In this document: piece after piece, positions 20,604-23,445 of the stretch
Layout: each line of letters begins with the position of its first letter
How positions within the stretch are numbered: position 1 is the stretch's first letter
Source: Tubiluchus corallicola
Lineage: Eukaryota > Animalia > Priapulida
Direction of reading: 5' to 3'
DNA length: 23,445 nucleotides
Assembly: GCA_030141605.1 (NCBI GenBank)
Contig: JAQGDQ010001848.1
Coordinates: forward strand, 1-23,445
Program-made: the position numbers and the translations under genes
Notes under the pieces: model-generated
What the model was told of the DNA's origin: nothing
The model's database searches: none
What the model saw: only the letters and a program-made list of their open reading frames with translations

Positions 20604-21818
20604 GAGTGGCGCACCCTGGAGGGTGAGTCAGTGACATTTTACCAATTGGCATGAACGTTTTAAATTATTATTTCTAGTTACATAAGCCTTACGTTGCCAT
20701 TAGTTACTATGACATTTTCATTCAGGTGCAAATTGCGATGTGCCAAATGAATTACACACTGTTAGATTACAATGCGATCTAAGTTTTCACAAAAATCTGG
20801 ATTCTACGACAAACGAAACCACGCATTTGTTCCGGCTGTCTTTCCCAGAAAAGTTTAATCATCATTGTTGTTAAGCCAGGGATGCAGGTACAGTACAGTA
20901 CAGTAAGCACGTCACGACGGCAAGCGGGAGCTTACAGACGAACCCTCATGCGAGGAAATACGGTCACCACCAACAGTTCAAGCGCGTATTTGCGTATCAT
21001 AAACAGTTTTAAACATTATGAGAACTTTCTGACCCAACTTGTCACAAAAAATGAATCTGCCGACCTTGGACGGATTTCCATTATTTTTGCGATTAAACAG
21101 ACTTGCATGATTTAGAAAAACAGACTTTTTAATTTATTGCTAATTCACTTATATATAAATTAATATTCTAAAATATTTTTTCTAATTTTTAACTGCAGAA
21201 AGGAATTTAAGCCTTACTTCATTTCTAAAATTGATTAAAAACTTTTGCAGTGCATGCTAAGCTGACGACTAATACTTCTAAAGCAGTAATACTACACTCA
21301 TTGGTTAATAGGTTCAATCAGTTAATTGGGTCAAAACACTTCGCTCCCAAAGTGAATCTATTAAGCGGCGTCTACTGTGCTTGTATGGAACCAGAGCGTG
21401 TGAAGTTGGTATTGTTTGCTTCACAGCCCAGCACAGTGCACTCCTGTAATGCCTGACATACCATGTTGTACGCTGCACTGCTAGCGTCTGCTGCTGGGTA
21501 GAGAAAGTACTGCTGCTCACACAGTTTGTTGTCAGTTGTCACGTGCTTAAAAATCGTGTTCCGGCATATTCCTTAACAGGGCAATTTAAGCTCAGCAAAA
21601 AAATGTTTTGGTTTAAAATTTTATAAAGCAGCGCATAAATTATATTATTATTATATTACTTATAAATTTTTGTATATTTGTTAATTTAAAATTACAATTG
21701 CAAAATCACAACAAAAAAATTACATATGTTTGCTTCGTTTTATACAGTTTTAAAACAATGGCTAAAAATTTTCTAAAGCAGCCTCCGCCTCAGTAATTTT
21801 AGCTAGGGGGCGCCACTG
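20604..21818. mobile_element. Possible non-autonomous hAT-like DNA transposon filling most of the spacer between the inverted arms
   Basis: The ends gagtggcgcaccctgg and ctagggggcgccactg are imperfect CAGTGGCG-type TIRs. No 8-bp TSD is visible. Confidence 0.3.
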
Positions 21819-21872
21819 ATTAAAAGTATGAAATTGTGATTTTTGTAAAGGAAATGCAACAATCCTACCTAC

Positions 21873-22130
21873 CTGGCTAATCCTAAACTCGCAAAGCATT
21901 TTGGGACGACCAGAACGTCCAGTCTTGGGAAAGGGTGCGGTCCGAGCTTCTCAAATGCAGCAACGAGGCAGCGACGAAGGTAACCACCTCCGAACACGTC
22001 GACGGCAGACCGTAGCAAAGACTCGACGGCAAATATGCGGGTGGGTATCAAGCTTCGAGTGAAATGTTGAGATCTGCACGGATACGGCTCGTGACGGCAA
22101 CGGCGCCCGGGGTCGGACACCGTACCAGAC
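21873..22130 (-). CDS. AOPEP: AOPEP exon (SGTVSDPGRRCRHEPYPC...LGPHPFPRLDVLVVPKCFASLGLA), carrying the GAMEN-equivalent motif
   Basis: Minus-strand acceptor cttcttgtag, donor AG|gtaggt. 258 nt, phase 2-2. HPFxRLDVL and SLG(L/M)ASP are APO-type motifs. Confidence 0.9.
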
Positions 22131-22305
22131 CTACAAGAAGAGAAACATTCGTTGTGCAGTCATAGCAGGGTTTAAATTTACATAGTTTATACAGCGTTAC
22201 TGTCGACGCAAGCCCTGCAATGTGCAAGTAACCTAAAATATCTGTTCATTTGCTTGAGTTGCGCCTAGCGCCTCCTAAGGTAAATGCTTTTTATTTTACT
22301 TCTAG

Positions 22306-22492
22306 CCCAAATCTTTTGTTTCTGTCTCAATCAGTCCTGGCCGATATCGGTGGAATGTGCATACGGGTTGCACACGAGATCTCGCATAATTGGTTCGGGC
22401 TGCTGCTCGGAGCAAAGGACTGGACCGAGGAATGGATCAGTGAGGGGTTTTCCACGTACATGGAAGATTCGATACACGGCGCAGCTATGGGG
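22306..22492 (+). CDS. AOPEP: Inverted duplicate of the AOPEP HEXXH exon (protein-identical; functional status unknown)
   Basis: Reverse-complement copy of 20113-20299 with intact tag/gtaagg splice sites and 6 substitutions, all synonymous. Confidence 0.75.
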
Positions 22493-22849
22493 GTAAGGTA
22501 TAAGATATAGTTATAATGTAATATATTAGATTTATAATATTTATATTCACGGACCGAATTCGATAAAGCTGCCTAGCTCTTGAATCATAATTTCGCACGT
22601 TGTTGACCAGAATTTTTTGACGCCGAAACTAAATCTAACACCCGCCATTGGTCAAAATTAATCTGTTGTTTCTAATGCAATTTTTCTGGTAAACTTTTCA
22701 TAATATAATATAATATAATATAACATATATAATATATGATATGATACGATACGATACGACACACAACGACACAACACAACACAACACAACATAAATATTA
22801 TATATATATTATATATATAATATTTATAGTATAGTTATATTTATTGCAG

Positions 22850-23065
22850 TGGAACAAGAAAGAGAGGAAGGATTACGCAGAACTCAGAGCGCTTTTGAGG
22901 TACCGTACGTTGTCGGCCGAATTAGAAAACACCTCCGAGGAGCTGCAGATGCTACGACCGTGTGGCGACTCTTATGACGGGACGCGGGAAGAGCATCGGA
23001 CCGTCGATTTCGTGAAAAACGGGATGAATCCCGACAAATGCTTCACTCAAGTGCATTATCTGAAG
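22850..23065 (+). CDS. AOPEP: Inverted duplicate of the AOPEP VHYLK exon (7 aa differences; functional status unknown)
   Basis: Reverse-complement copy of 19534-19749 with an open frame and intact cag/gtaggt splice sites. Confidence 0.72.
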
Positions 23066-23445
23066 GTAGGTCGGATTGAAAAACTTATGCTTATGAACGT
23101 GCACTCGTATCTCGCTTTGCCTGACAAAAGCGGGGAAACGTCGGTCCAAATTTGCCGATTGTCTGTATTTTCAGATACTAAGCTAATACAGTAGTCATCG
23201 TGTATTAGACTCACGGTGATGTAGAATCAATCGCCTAATTGTCTCAAAAATGTCTAGTACTGGCTGCTCCTATGCAAAAGGATATAAAAACTGTTGGCAA
23301 TTGACTCAAATAACTCCGCATAATTGACTATATTTTTCTATATACAGATATGATGTACGTGATGTAAACAAAGTGTTGTCCTGCCAACTAGCGGTCAGCT
23401 TATGAAACAATGCACTGTGTCCGTAGTATGCGGGACTTTTTAATG

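Larger units (their letters stand above)
10884..22130 (-). other. AOPEP: Aminopeptidase O (M1 zinc metallopeptidase) gene, 3' portion; 9 coding exons in the window
   Basis: Exons 22130-21873, 20299-20113, 19749-19534, 19019-18871, 18256-18193, 15760-15608, 14785-14663, 12761-12675 and 11030-10884 splice in frame through GT-AG introns. Motifs LGLASP, HEISH-x18-E, GAKDWTEEW, VHYLKGYFLL, DQIVLLLE, VRHRWCEL and AMGVYLYGEL match AOPEP as I recall it. Confidence 0.93.
22170..23445. repeat. Right arm of a large inverted segmental duplication (partner 19154-20434); runs off the window
   Basis: Collinear reverse-complement match across exons, introns and microsatellites. The window's last bases match the reverse complement of sequence starting at 19154. 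Confidence 0.95.

Noticed and set aside
20435-22169. Programmed recombinase-driven invertible switch (shufflon-like)
   Set aside because: No recombinase gene or short specific recombination sites are visible. Only homologous-recombination flipping is plausible, and it is unproven.

Overview
AT-rich, intron-rich animal genomic DNA, probably from an invertebrate; not prokaryotic. Two spliced genes converge tail to tail. (1) On the + strand, the 3' part of an adhesion GPCR: a GPS/Stachel exon, the 7TM exons and a long acidic C-tail. It has 7 exons from 1413 to 10713, all GT-AG with consistent phases, giving about 450 aa; its 5' exons lie outside the window. (2) On the - strand, the 3' part of an aminopeptidase O (AOPEP, M1 zinc peptidase): 9 exons from 22130 down to 10884, about 460 aa, with HEISH-x18-E. 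The two stop codons are only 170 bp apart. The most striking structure is a diverged inverted duplication (19154-20434 vs 22170-23445, running off the window edge). It puts an intact opposite-strand copy of the two AOPEP catalytic exons inside the upstream AOPEP intron and loops out one symmetric 258-nt exon. Three independent duplications of exon ends together with their splice sites create potential poison or truncating isoforms, including a possible soluble GPCR ectodomain. The introns carry a LINE-derived tandem array, a probable solo LTR with a heat-shock element, several MITEs, and satellites with 30, 35, 52, 54 and 95-bp units. Most ORFs in the supplied track are repeat artefacts.
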